DNA of 64,000 nt from Sminthopsis crassicaudata (lineage: Eukaryota), in NCBI RefSeq assembly GCF_048593235.1, contig NC_133620.1, forward strand, positions 318,633,765 through 318,697,764, in the 5' to 3' direction. Of the stretch, positions 11,626 through 24,075 are shown piece after piece (within the stretch, counting starts at the first letter, position 1; every line of letters starts with the position of its first letter). The notes beneath the pieces are model-generated. The model saw only the letters and a program-made list of their open reading frames with translations, was not told the origin of the DNA and ran no database searches. A program made the position numbers and the translations under genes.

Positions 11626-14124
11626 CTGTTGAATTTGGAGACAGAGGAAAAGTTTGTGTAAACATGGGCAAAAAAAATCACTTATCTTTTCTGGAAATGA
11701 AGGCATTGAATTAGATGGCTCTGAAGAGCCCTTTAGTTCTGAGTTTATGATCTTATGACACATTTCTCCTCCTCCCTCCCTCCATTCTACTTTGCTTTCT
11801 GAAGGTATAGATGCTGTGGAGAGTTTTGGGCAGCAGAGGCACTCACTACTTTGCTTCTGATCTCAGCCTTATGGTTGACTGATCTCTTACCTCTTATGGT
11901 TGACTGAAAGATCTGACTGAAGTGGGCATCGTTTCATGGATTTTTACTTGGAGAATATGTATTCAGTAATTAGAAACACCCATTTGTAGGAGCAGAGAGA
12001 TTGCAGGTAGGTGTTTCTCTGAGGCAATGGGTTTCTCAGTAGAATGAAAAATTGCTATCTTGGAGAACATTTGGATTTAGGGTTAAGGACAGACTGGTCA
12101 CTGCAATTCCCTTTCCTCATGCAGTTCTTCTACATCCTCCTCCCTGCCAGCTGTTTTTTTTTTTTTTTTTTTTTTTCTATTTCCAAGAACTAGAGGCAAG
12201 AGAGGGAATTAATTCCATGATGCCTTGTATGGTACTTGAGGCAGAAAAAGACAACTTATACATTATAGTGACTGCTGATCTGATCTTGTCCTGTTCACTA
12301 CCTAACATCTCTGAATCTCCCAAAAGACATATGACTCAGTAGTGTGTTACTGCTCTAATAATGTCCTGCATGATAACATTTTGAATTCAGGCAGTTATAT
12401 TAGATATTATGTCTAGGTACAAAAGAGAAGTTAATTTTCAATGTGGAATTTTTGGATGGGCAAGAGTTTTAAAGTTGGTTGAGTTTCTTCAATCTTCTTA
12501 CTGAGAATTTGATTTCAAGCAGGGGCCCAGAGCTGGGCAGAATTGCTTGAAGTGAGTCCTCAAAGAGTCAATTGTAAGAATGAATATGGTTTTCATATAT
12601 TCTAGCATGGAAGGAGATGTGTATGTGCGGGTGTATGTGTATGAACTAAAAATAATTACAGAAAATATGCTCCGAAAACTCAGCACCAATATGCCTCTTT
12701 CCTCTGTCCAAGTCTGTGTCTTTTTTGGAATGACATCCCTTGAGGGCAATGACTTTTTCTGTGCTCAGAATGTTGTGGGAGTGATATTGATAGAATCTTA
12801 ATTTGGGGGGCTGGGCAGGAGATTCCCTCCTTCTGCAGCTGAAGCAGGGTGAGGCCATGCTTGCAACTTCCCTTTGGTTAATGAAGCCAGCCCTTCCAGT
12901 GACAGCCATTGCTTTGTCATCCCCAGGAATGGTGTAGGTGGAAGGGCTGGTACTTGCTGCCTGCTACCACTTAAGTGTGACAAAGCTGTCTCACTGATGG
13001 TCCTGCTGGAGCAAGAGTAACAATTGGAAAAGTTGCATCTGTGTCATGGTGGCTTCAGTTGCTTACTTTTGTATTGACTTTTATCTTCTCCTATCAACAT
13101 GCTTGGATATAATCGAGCCAACAAGGGTCTTCTTTCCTAGTCCATAGCTTACCCCCAAAGATTTTTTTTTTTGAGGCATCATGATAAGGAAGCCTTTCAT
13201 AATTATTTTGCAAAAAAACTGTGCTCTCCTTGGAAAGATTGTACTTAATGAGATGGTGGCAGAGCTGTCAGCCTCCCCCTCACTGATGCTGCTGCTACAA
13301 TCAGCTGCCTACGTCCATGTAGTAATTACAGAGCCCAACGGAGGGAGTTGGCACCTTCCACCAACGTAATCCCACTTCCCCCGTGCTCTGATTCATCCTT
13401 ATGTACCTTGTAACTCTACAGCTGCTAGGATGGCTCTCATAGGATCAGGCTTCAATTCCAGGTGTCAGCAGAGATCTGACACATGCAAGGCACAAGCCCA
13501 GCCCAGCCAAGCTGGAGAAGTGTTGGTTAACTGAGAGAATGTTTACCCTGGAAAACATTCTGAAGCAAGTCTTCCTCTCCCTCAAGGTCAGGGGTCTGTT
13601 TGTTGGGGGGAATACATATAGAATAAGGTCTTTTGGATATTCTTTATTGGTTGGGTATTGTGTTCCAAGGAGCTGAAAGCTAGTTATTGTTTTATCTTGA
13701 ATGGTGTGAGTGAATTTGCTTGATTTCTCTTTCCAGTGTATGTATGTGTTATATGTTTTCCTTCAGGTATTTGCCTTAAGAAAAGCAGCTGGGAGTCCTT
13801 ATCTTCCCTGGACTGACAACAGTAAGATGATGTGATAATGACCAGGCTTTGTTGGTTAGCTCTTATGGCCTGAAGAAGAGGTTTTGCCTGTTTGTAAATC
13901 CATTCAACCAGCATATGAAGGGCAAGGCTTGGCTAGGCCTTTTTACAGCTTTGGATTTGGTAGGAAGGTGCAAATAGTCATGGTGAAAGCTAAGGGAGAG
14001 GGATTTGGGAATGGTTAGGCTGAGACGGAAAAGGGATATGGTAAATACCTCAGATTCTCTTTCCCCCATGGAGTTTCTTGAAATTTTGCACAGGCACTTA
14101 TACCTTCGGAAGCTAATAATTAAT

Positions 14125-14295
14125 GTGCAACAAGAAAATGGTATTTACACACATATATTGTATCTAGGTTATATTGTAACACATGTAAAATGTATGGGAT
14201 TACCTGCCATGGGGGGGGAGGGAGTGGAGGGAGGGAGGGGATAATTTGGAAAAATGAATAAATATAAATACATAAATAAATAAATAAATAAATAA
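14125..14295 (+). mobile_element. L1 3' UTR fragment with (TAAA)n tail
   Basis: Matches the young L1 3' UTR seen at 53100-53300 (acacatatattgtatctag...gggggagggag). Confidence 0.8.
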
Positions 14296-15698
14296 ATTGG
14301 GGGAGGGGACTTCTCGTAAGGTGTAAGACTGATAATTCTGGAAAAAAGTAAAAATATTAAAAGCAGAAAAAAAAAAGATTCTGGGAATAAAAGCTTTTTT
14401 TCAGGGAAAAAAAAAATTTTGCACAGGCTGCTACCCTAATATCTGGCTTCCTTGGAGTGCCAGGAAGCACAAATGCTGAGCCATGGGGGAAAAAGGTTTG
14501 TCATGTGGGTGACTCAGGGCAGCAATATCAACAGCCCTGGGCCTTAACTGATTATGAGACTCATTCTCCTTCAAAAGGTAACCTTGGAAACCTCAGGTAG
14601 GAAGGCTGTCAGGTAGTCCATTGTATTGAGCTAGTAGCTATTATTTGAGTGTGGGTGCTTGGTAAAAAATTGTACCTCTTAAAAATGAAAAATAAAAATA
14701 AAAATCATAACCAATTCCAGTCCATGCAAGATAGCTTTGAATATTTAAAATTTCCAAAACCTAGGCCCTTAACACTTCATTCCCACCTACAACCTTTACA
14801 TTTTGTTTGGCAGTTATTAGAACATTGTGCAACACAATCTCCATCTGTTTCCTATCACCAAACTTGCTGCTGTGAAAATTCCCATGCCTGTTTCAGTGGT
14901 TGGTATTTTTGTTTGAGCATGGATTCAAACCATTTGCTACTCACCATTGGAACAAAGTAGATTTGAACCTTGAGGGACATACAATGAGATATAATGGAAA
15001 AAAGTACTAGAGTAGCAGTCAGGTTACCTGACCAACTTCATAACTACTCTCTCTATATTCCCTTTTCTTTCATCTCCCAATAAAATATAAGCCCCTTGAA
15101 GATAGGGATGGTTTTATCTCCTTATCTCCAGCAGCTACCACAGGGCAGAGTCTTGAGGAAATCTTTTAAGTCTGTTTCTTTGCCTGGAAGATAATGAGAT
15201 TAGATTAAATTACCACCAAAGCCTCTTTCAATTCTAAATTTATAATAGTATGCATTTAGTAAATGCATTTAGTAAATGTTTATTGAATTGAATTTTTGGC
15301 CTTCATTGGATCACTGGCATCTTTTGGCCTCAAATTCTTCATTTATAAATTGGAGAGATAAGATTTGAAAATCACCAAAGCCCCTTCTAGCTCTCTAAGT
15401 CTGATTTCTAAGAGAATCTCATCATGGAAAAGATATCTTCCTAGTGGCTTCAATCAAGAGTATCTGCCTTACACTGTGTTGGAGAGTAGTCAGACTTGAT
15501 TGCTTCTTAGGTAAGCTGTTAAGGGAGACAGTGCTACTATTCCCATACTATCTTGCCATCTAAACACTTGGCCTTTTAAAAGAATCGTTGGAAGCAATAC
15601 AAAAAGTTATCAGTAAAAATATTTTTAAAAGGAAGAAAGAAGGAAAGAAAAAAAAAGGAAAGGAAGATAGGTTAAAAGGAAAAGAAATACCATCTTTT

Positions 15699-16608
15699 TA
15701 ATTAAAAAAATTTTATTAAAGCTTTTTATTTACAAAACATATGCATGGGTAATTTTTCAACACTGATCCTTGCAAAACCTTGTGTTCCAAATTTTCCCCT
15801 TCTTATCCTCACCCTCTCTCCTAGATGGCAGGTAATCCAATACATGTTAAATATGTTAAAATATATGTTAAATTTAAATATGTATATATATTTACACAAT
15901 TATCTTTATGCACAAAAGAAATCAGATCAAGAAAGGAAAAAAAGAAAGAAACAAAATACAATTAAATACCAATAGAAAGAATGAAAATGCTATGTTGTGG
16001 TCCACACTCAGTTCCCACTGTCCTCTCTCTGGGTATAGATGGTCTTCATCACAAGATTATTGTAACTGATCTGAATCATCTCATTGTTGAAAAGAGCCAC
16101 GTCCATCAGAATTAATCATTATATAATCTTGTTGTCATGTACAATGATATCCTGGTTCTATAGCATCAGTTCATGCAAGTCTCCCCAGGCCCCTCTGAAA
16201 TCATACTGTTGATCATTTCTTATAGAACAATAATATTCCATAACAGTCATATATCATAACTTATTCAGTCATTCCCCAACTTATGGGCATCCACTCAGTT
16301 TCCAATTTCTTGCCACTACAAAAAGGGTTGCTAGAAACATTTTTGCACATATGGGTCCCTTTCTCTCCTTTAAGATATCTTTGGGATTAAGCCCAGTAGA
16401 AACACTTCTGGGTCAAAGGATATGCACAATTTGATAATTTTTTGAGAATAGTTCCAATTTGCTCTCCAGAATGTCTGGATCCTTTCACAACTTCACCAAC
16501 CATTAGTGTCCCCAGTTTTCCCACATCCTCTCCAACATTCATCATTATCTCTCCTGTCATCTTAGTCAGAGAGGTATGTAATAGTATCTTAGAGTTGTCT
16601 TCGTTTGC
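15699..16608 (-). mobile_element. 5'-truncated L1 (ORF2 C-terminus plus 3' UTR)
   Basis: Antisense L1 3' end; degenerate TSD aagaaatac(c/t)at at 15682 and 16609. Confidence 0.9.
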
Positions 16609-17150
16609 AAGAAATACTATTTCTTAAAGCATTGGTCTCCAAAGTGAGGTATAGTATGACCTCAAATGATGAATAATCAGCCCATCTTCCCCCCCCCCCC
16701 CCCCCCCCCCCGCCAGTAGCGAGTTACAGGGCTTCTTTCTAATACAATCATGCTTCCATGCTTCTGACTCTTTCAGGGAGGTGTTCTATGGAGAGCCCAA
16801 ATAGAAGAAAGATTCTTTAACTTCAAATCTTCAGCTTGACAAACTTCCAAACTCTCCCTTTCTATCCCAGAGTCAGTCCCCTTTTAATAGATATCCCCAA
16901 CAGCAACTGCATTGGTTGCCAGTGAAAATTCTCTGCCCCATAGATGGGTTGCACTCTACATTTGAATGGGTATCATCACCATCCTTCTAGTCACCCTGAT
17001 TGGAAACCTTGATGCCATCCTTGACTTCTTACCTACCCCACACATTTAGTCAATTGCTAAATCTTGTCATTATGTACCTCAATACCCCCCCCCCCCCGGG
17101 ATTTAGCATAGTGCCTGGCGATTAGTAGGTTCTTAATAAATGCTTGTTGC

Positions 17151-17810
17151 TTTTGGAATTATGCTCAAAAAGTTATCAAACTGTGCATACCCTTTGACCC
17201 AGCAGTGTTGCTACTGGGTTTGTATCCCAAAGAGATCTTAAAGAAGGGAAAGGGACCTGTATGTGCAAGAATGTTTTGTGGTGGCCAGAAACTGGAAACT
17301 TACGTGGATGTCCATCAGTTGGAGATTGGATGAATAAATTGTGGTTATATGAATAGTATGGAATATTATTGTTCTGTAAGAAATGACCAACAGGATGATT
17401 TCAGAAAGGCCTGGAGAGACTTGCATGAACTGATGCTGAGTGAAATGAGCAGGGCCAGGAGATCATTATATACTTCAACAACAATACTGTATGCTGATCA
17501 ATTCTGATGGATGTGGCCCTTTCCAACAATGAGATGAACCAAATCAGTTCCAATAGAGCAGTAATGAACTGAACCAGTTACACCCAGTGAAAGAACTCTG
17601 GGAGATGATTATGAACCATTACATAGAATTTCCAATCCCTCTAATTTTGTCCACCTACATTTTGGATTTCCTTCACAGGCTAAATGTATACTACTTCAAA
17701 GTCTGATTCTTTTTGTTCAGCAAAACAACTGTTTGGTCGTGTATACGTATATTGTATTTAATTTATACTCTAACATATGTGACATGTATTGGTCGATGTG
17801 TCATTGGGGG
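17151..17810 (+). mobile_element. L1 fragment (ORF2 C-terminus and 3' UTR)
   Basis: Near-identical to the 52580-53150 L1 text (aaaagttatcaaactgtgcataccctttgacccagc). Confidence 0.88.
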
Positions 17811-18235
17811 TTTTCTGAGCTTGGTGATTTGACCACCTCCTATCCCTGGAATTTTTCACAGCCTTACATTCATTTTTAGAGTATTCTCCTTCCCTTTTGC
17901 TCCGCCAAAGTAGGAGGAATGCATATATATTGTATATATATGCATATACATATGCATACACACACTAGGTAAAAGAGACCATTCTCTGTTTCATTTCTAA
18001 TCTAACCTCATCACTGACTTTCATTGGCAAGTCAAGCTGAGACCTGTTAAAGGCCTTAGATCTAAAATGCCAAGGTGTTCTACTGCATGCAGGCCACCTC
18101 CAGTTGCCCTGATCCATATCTTGCCAGATAGCCCTGGAGGAGAAAGTGAGGTTGATGATTTTACACAACACTCTTTCACTTAAGGAGTGAAGGACACACA
18201 ATAACAATATACTTTTTATTTATTATTTATTTTTT

Positions 18236-18487
18236 GAAACAGAATTTCCCATCTCATCTAGCCTGAAAGTGTGGTGGCCTCTCATGAGCTCAATCTCATT
18301 AATGTTTGGCACAGAGCTTTAACTTGCTGTTTCCGACCTGGGCCAGAATCTTAGGCAATTATATTCCTTGGAGACGCACCAAACTGGTGTCAAACTTAGT
18401 TCAGATACCCTATTGGTTTTAGATTACCTGAGCTCAGGCAATTCCAGTAGCAGGGATTGATAATAGGTATGCACCACTATATCTGGT
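18236..18487 (-). pseudogene. RN7SL: 7SL (SRP RNA) retropseudogene with poly(A) tail (T-rich 18212-18235)
   Basis: Colinear matches to the 7SL reverse complement: GTTTCCGACCTGGGCC (S domain), CTTAGGCAA, AACTTAGT, AGTAGC.GGGATT..AGGTATGCACCAC (Alu domain); internally deleted and diverged. Confidence 0.85.
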
Positions 18488-20318
18488 GATTAAATATATT
18501 TTAGTTTTGCTTAGTAGAATGCCCTTATGGGAATAACTTCCATAGTGTAGAAAGGTTGATCATTCAAATTGAAGTAGGTTTTTCATTTATTATTTTATTT
18601 TATTTTTTACTTATTGCTGTTCCTGAATATGTTTTAGAGATTTCTAGCATATCTTCTTTTGGGCAATAATAATGCCTGACATTTATATAGCAGTTTAAAA
18701 TTTGCAAAACATTTTCCTTATATTATCTCGTTTAATTTGGCAGCAGCTGCTTTGCTAGAAATGTTCCACCTGGCATGGGAGGGTAGGGGGGAATAAAAGG
18801 TGTAATGGTCTCAGACTATCCTGTTCCTGCAGCCCAGCCTACTTAATCATTAGCATAATGAAGTTTCTTTTCTACCAGAAGCCCAGCCCACTGAAACTAT
18901 AGTTCATTATCTTAACTAGAAAAAGGGTGGGATGGTCTGGTATGTTCTAATGGGGCAAATGGCTATCTTACATTGTTTGACTATTAAGAAATAATAATGG
19001 AGACTTAATGAATGGGTTTCTCCACATTTGCCACTGCAAATGACAAACTTAACAGTTATAAATATCATACAGCATTGTTATTATACTTTGGGTAATTCTT
19101 TATGGAGCTGCAGTTGTAGTAGTCAGAACAGAACTTTTCTTGTGTATTTTCTGCTTAATTGTAGTAATTTTTCTGTTTTCAGGCTATTATATCAGTGCTA
19201 TTTTTTCCTCTTAATTTCAATCAAATAGCAGGTCTGTCTTTATGACAACTTTAAGATTTCCATAGCAGCAAACTGTGATTTTATTATAAAAGCAATTGGC
19301 TGGGAGAATATCAGGTCCAGTTTTTCTGTAACCATAGGCAAAAAGTGGTTTGAATACAAATTTCATACACACAAGGAATCAAACCCCTTCTTAACAAAAT
19401 AGTATGGTTTGGGAATGAAGTTTATTATTTGGCCCAAGTCAAGGCAAAGATTGAAAATGTCACATTGGCGACTAGTGACCGGGTTATGGTGTTTTCCTAT
19501 TGAAGTCCTATATCTGCAGGATGCCAGGCACTGAGACAGGAAGGAAGTGACCTAGCTGTTTAATCTTAATGTTCAGACTTTGCTGTGTTCCCTGCCCCTC
19601 ATCTGAAGAGGAAATTCAGTAATGTTCTTTTGGCTAAATATGCCATCCCTGAATTATTCTTCACCCCCCTCCCCCAGGTAGGATTTGATTTTGTCCCTTT
19701 TTTTAAAATTCACTACAGATTTCTGGTGCCTCAGCATGCATAGACATTGATATATTCTCAGAGATCTACATAAGTAAAATGGAAGCATTGGTAGTTCTTA
19801 GCCATCATAAAAAGGTTTAATGAATTGAAGATCTGTTTGTTGGTGGACTGTTATCTAAAGATCTACCTGAGCTTGGAGAGGCTTATTGATAAAGGGGCTG
19901 ACTGGATCCAAAAAGTTGGCTATGAGATGGTGACTTTCTTTTTGGCCACTTTAAAGACTATAAGAGCTGTGGTTTGCAATAGTGGAGTGATTACTTAGAC
20001 CATTGAAATCATAATTCCTTTGAAGAAAAAAAAATATTGCCACTATATTGGGAACTCTGTGAGAACAGAAACTGTCTTACTTAATCCTTTTAGCTCTACC
20101 AAAGCCCAGCACAGTGCATTATATAGAGGAGGTACTAGTAAATGGATCTGAAACGAAAGGTGTTCATAGATGATGCTCGATAGCGAGAATTTCCTTAATT
20201 CCCTTTGGGAATAATTCATATGCATAACATTTTTTGAGACAAAAACAAGCAGGACCTCTTAAGGGTACACATTTTTCCTTCTGATAGATGTTTTGGTTTC
20301 TGACTTTTTCCCCCCAGT

Positions 20319-20884
20319 TGTTAGGTTCTTACTGGATGCTAAGTCAGTACTTAACAATTCTCTAGCTCAGGGTTCACAGTTTTAGTTCACACCTTTAAAA
20401 GGAGTTCTGGAAAGGCGTTTACACACCTTTAAAAAGGAGCAAGTTCATTGGTCAATAAGGAGTTCCCACAAGCCCCTGGGAGTACCCACAAGCCCATTCT
20501 CTGGGAGGGTAAAAAGAGGAATATTGAGTCTGAGGAGAGAGTTCTGGATTGCGTCATGGAGAAGACATCTCGTGGATTTGCAAGTCCAGCAATCCCACAC
20601 TTTTGGAGGGGAAGAAGAGGATTCGAGATTCTACCTTCGCTCTGGCTGGAGGCTCCAGAAGCCTCCCAAGAAACCTACTCACAGAGGAAAAGATTATACA
20701 GAAAAAAAACCTCCTTCCAGAGAAAGATTATAGTTGAGAGACAATCAGAACATTTATATTTTGGCGCCCACAACATGGGGCAAAGACTTTTGCTTATCCT
20801 GACTAGGACTGATTCTGAGCCCTTCACAGGAACTAGCCCGGACTTTACATTTTGGTGCCCGAACAGGCTAGCCCAGACTTTACA
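20319..20884 (+). mobile_element. Solo LTR (566 bp) related to the 41 kb provirus LTR, with two PBS relics inside U5
   Basis: TGTTAGG...TTTACA termini; 6-bp TSD CCCAGT at 20313-20318 and 20885-20890; core promoter segment (ttcattgg...gcccattctctgggag..taaaa) shared with the 41 kb LTRs. Confidence 0.88.
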
Positions 20885-21341
20885 CCCAGTGAATTATGGG
20901 AGACTTTGGAAAGGGAAAACTATGCTTCTTTTTCATTTTTTTCCTTTTGTAGGGTACCAGCCTATTTTATATCATAGAGAAGGAGTTGTGTTGAAGAACT
21001 AAATGTTCCTTTTAGTTTTTAAATTTATGCTATTGACAAATGTCCTGCAGGATTACCAGTGGTTGAGAACTGATATACTGTGGGAAAATGGAAATCTATC
21101 CCTTCTTTCAGTGTCACTTTTTCCCATTCTTGCCAGGTGACTGACATAGTAAAGTATTTGCCAGTTCACCAAATACTTTGGGCAGAAAAGTAGGAAGCAG
21201 AAGGAGTGGAAAGGATACTAGACTTGGAGCTGGATGGTTCAAATCCTTGTTCTCCCACTTACTATTTTGTGTGACCTTGGGCAAATCTGAGTTCAAAGCC
21301 AGACTCAAGACACGTTGTGGTAGTTTTAATGTAACCCTGAG

Positions 21342-21570
21342 TGTTGTTGAGTCATTTTAGTCATATCGACTATGTGTGACATTGGAGTTTTCTTAGCAAA
21401 GCAATGGAGTGGTTTAACATTTTCTTCTCCAGGAAACTGAGGCAGATGTAGTTCAGTGACTTATCTAGGATCACACAGCTAGTAAGTGTGTGAGGCCATA
21501 TTTGACCTCGGGAAGACGAATCTTTCCCACACTTGGTCTAGTACTCTATTGGCTGAGCTACCCAGCTGCC
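21342..21570 (-). mobile_element. MAR1-type CORE-SINE
   Basis: Antisense head (gagctacccagctgcc) and tail. Confidence 0.75.
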
Positions 21571-23282
21571 TTTTATCCCAAATAGAAAGAATACTTTAAT
21601 TTCTCTCTGTTTCAGTTTCCTCATTTTTAAAATGAGAGAGGTCAACTAGATGACCTCTTCTACTTCCAAAAGATCCTATGACTTATAGAAATTAAACTTT
21701 TTGTAAAGCAGAAGGTAGAGTCCTATCCATGGGGACTAATGTAAAGATCTCTCTCTGAGGAGCTCCCCATCTCTGATCCCCTGCTCTTTGTCCTCTAACT
21801 TGATTTGCTCTTCTTTTTTGCCTCTGGAGAGAGGTGGTTTATATCATTTATGTCATATGTTATTTCCCTAGAGCCACAGCCTGACTTTATTTAAACAGAT
21901 AAAACTTTGAAGTCTTACTAACTGATCTGACTTTCTTAAAATACTAATCTCCATGAAAGTTCTGTTCTGATGCAGGACTATTGGAATGGAGGTGATTGGC
22001 ATAGTAAAGCCCATAAGAGTACAGGGGAGCATTGACCTTAAGTAGAAGACTGAGAATACACATTATGTGTCTTTTTGTCTTCTTGAGGGACAGTCTAAAG
22101 TAGAAAAGTGGTTCATTTACAAAGGATTTTTTTTTTCCATAGCAACTCCTGGAGACAATCTACTAAGTACCTTATCTGCATCTATGAATCATAAATCTTA
22201 GAAATATTGAATCTACTAATTGTTGAGCATATGATTATACCTAGTAGAAGGAAACGGGCATCTAGTGAATAGAGATCTTAAAATCAGAAAGATTGTGTCC
22301 AACCTATGGCAGAGCATTCCGAGCGTGTATTGGTCTGATCTCACTCACATGGGTCTTTTTCATCAATGAAGAACAACCACCACTGAAAAGTGTCAGACAT
22401 CACTAAATAGTAGTAATAACAATAGAAGGCAAAATTGATTGGTTTGGGGCATATGTGTTTTTCTTGACTTAATTTATGAGAACTCTTTGTGGTGCAAGAC
22501 TATTTTTTACACAAGGTGTGCTTTTTTCCCCCCTTCTTTCCACTGATTTATTGAAAGCTTTGTTAATAATTAACAGCCAAAAAAGAAAAAGGCTGAATTT
22601 AGGAGGCTCAACTAGGTGGGACTGGGCAAAAGGGGAGGTGCCCAGGAGATGCCAAAGTCTGCCTTCTGTTTAAATTTTAATATGCATTTATGCTTATATT
22701 CCTTCACTTTCATTATTAGTTATTGTCACAGGAATTCCTAAGCTACTGCAAAATCCTCTACTATCTGACTCTTAACTCTGTATTGAATTGGTTGACTTGT
22801 TCTCCCATAACAGGCCATGTGTAGAAGTAGAATAGTAGAATGGTGGATAGGACATTGGATTTGGAGTTGGCACCTGGGTTCAAATTATGTGATCATCCTG
22901 GACAAAGTACTTCATCTTTCTGAGCCTCAGTTGTTTCATTTATAAAATAAAATGGCTGGACTAGATGGCCCTTGGGGTCCCATCCATCTTTAAATTGATG
23001 ATTCTTACTGCTTTCTCACTTCCAGAAAATGCTTTGTTTAAACACCCTTGGATTTGGAATCATGTGATCTATGTTTGAATCTGGTTCTAAGCACGTTTGA
23101 AAAAGCTCCTTCATTTCTCTGAACCCTGTTTTCTATACAGTGAGATCTTCAGTTTTTAAAATTTTGTCTCTTAAATTTGTTTATCCCCAGTACTCTACCA
23201 TTTGTAAGTCTGGCATATGGTGTTAATGATGGTTGGAATAGCTGTTGAGGAAGAAATGGTGGCTTGATTTGAAATTCTGCAG

Positions 23283-23782
23283 TGTAGTGTTCTGCTTGGT
23301 TTTCTGGAGGTCTCTGAACCAGCCTTCAGTTTCAGTTGAGTAATCACCACAAGAATAGCCAGGTGTTAAAGTCCAAAGTCCAAATTCTTTATTGTCTCCT
23401 TGCTTGGGTCCCAGTTAGCTTTCTTGAGGCCCTTCAGAAGGGCTTTGGTCTTAGGGTGTGTGGGGAAGCAGGAGGACAGGCCAGCCGAGGCTGATAAAGA
23501 TGGAATGAATGTCTCTCCTTGGCTCAGAGAGCTTGAGCCTCCCTCCTCCAGTCTTCTGTCTTCTTATCTCTGACCCTGGCTGAGTTTGTCCTAGCTTATA
23601 TGCGCTATTCTAATTACATTATGATAGGTGTAAATCTTGGGAACTATATTAAGTATTAAGTACATGTACTGAACTAGAGAACTATTAATCACTGTGCTAC
23701 ACTAGATAACCATTGTCTTATCAATTCCACTTAGCACCTTGTAAGAATCCTTATTTCAAGTACAGAGTTCTGGCCCATAACA
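23283..23782 (-). mobile_element. Solo LTR (500 bp), antisense to BAIAP2
   Basis: Minus-strand termini TGTTATG...ACTACA; 6-bp TSD CTGCAG (23277-23282 and 23783-23788); minus-strand TATA-like word near 23597-23603 and AATAAA (tttatt at 23388-23393). Confidence 0.88.
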
Positions 23783-23837
23783 CTGCAGGAATCATTTTTT
23801 GTGAGTTGCATAAATTTTGTCAGCCTAACTCTGGCCT

Positions 23838-24075
23838 CTTGAGGCAGATAAGGTGGCTCAGTGGATGGAGCACTAGAATTAGAGTCCAAAAGACCTAAGT
23901 TCAAATTCAGATGCTAGCTTCCTGACTCTAGGCAAATCATTTAGCCTTTGTCTGCCTTCATCCATTGGAGAAGGAAATGCCAAACCCCTTTAGTATCTTT
24001 GCCAAGAAAATCCCATGCACAATATTGTTGTGCTGTGGTCCATGAAGAACTGGACACAAATGACTAACTGAACAG
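23838..24075 (+). mobile_element. MAR1-type CORE-SINE
   Basis: aggtggctcagtggatggagcac head; tatctttgccaagaaaatccc tail. Confidence 0.75.

Noticed and set aside
20448-21002. 184-aa ORF over the solo LTR (possible sag-like LTR gene)
   Set aside because: Starts at TTG, runs through the TSD into host flank, and has no counterpart in the related 41 and 44 kb LTR ORFs.
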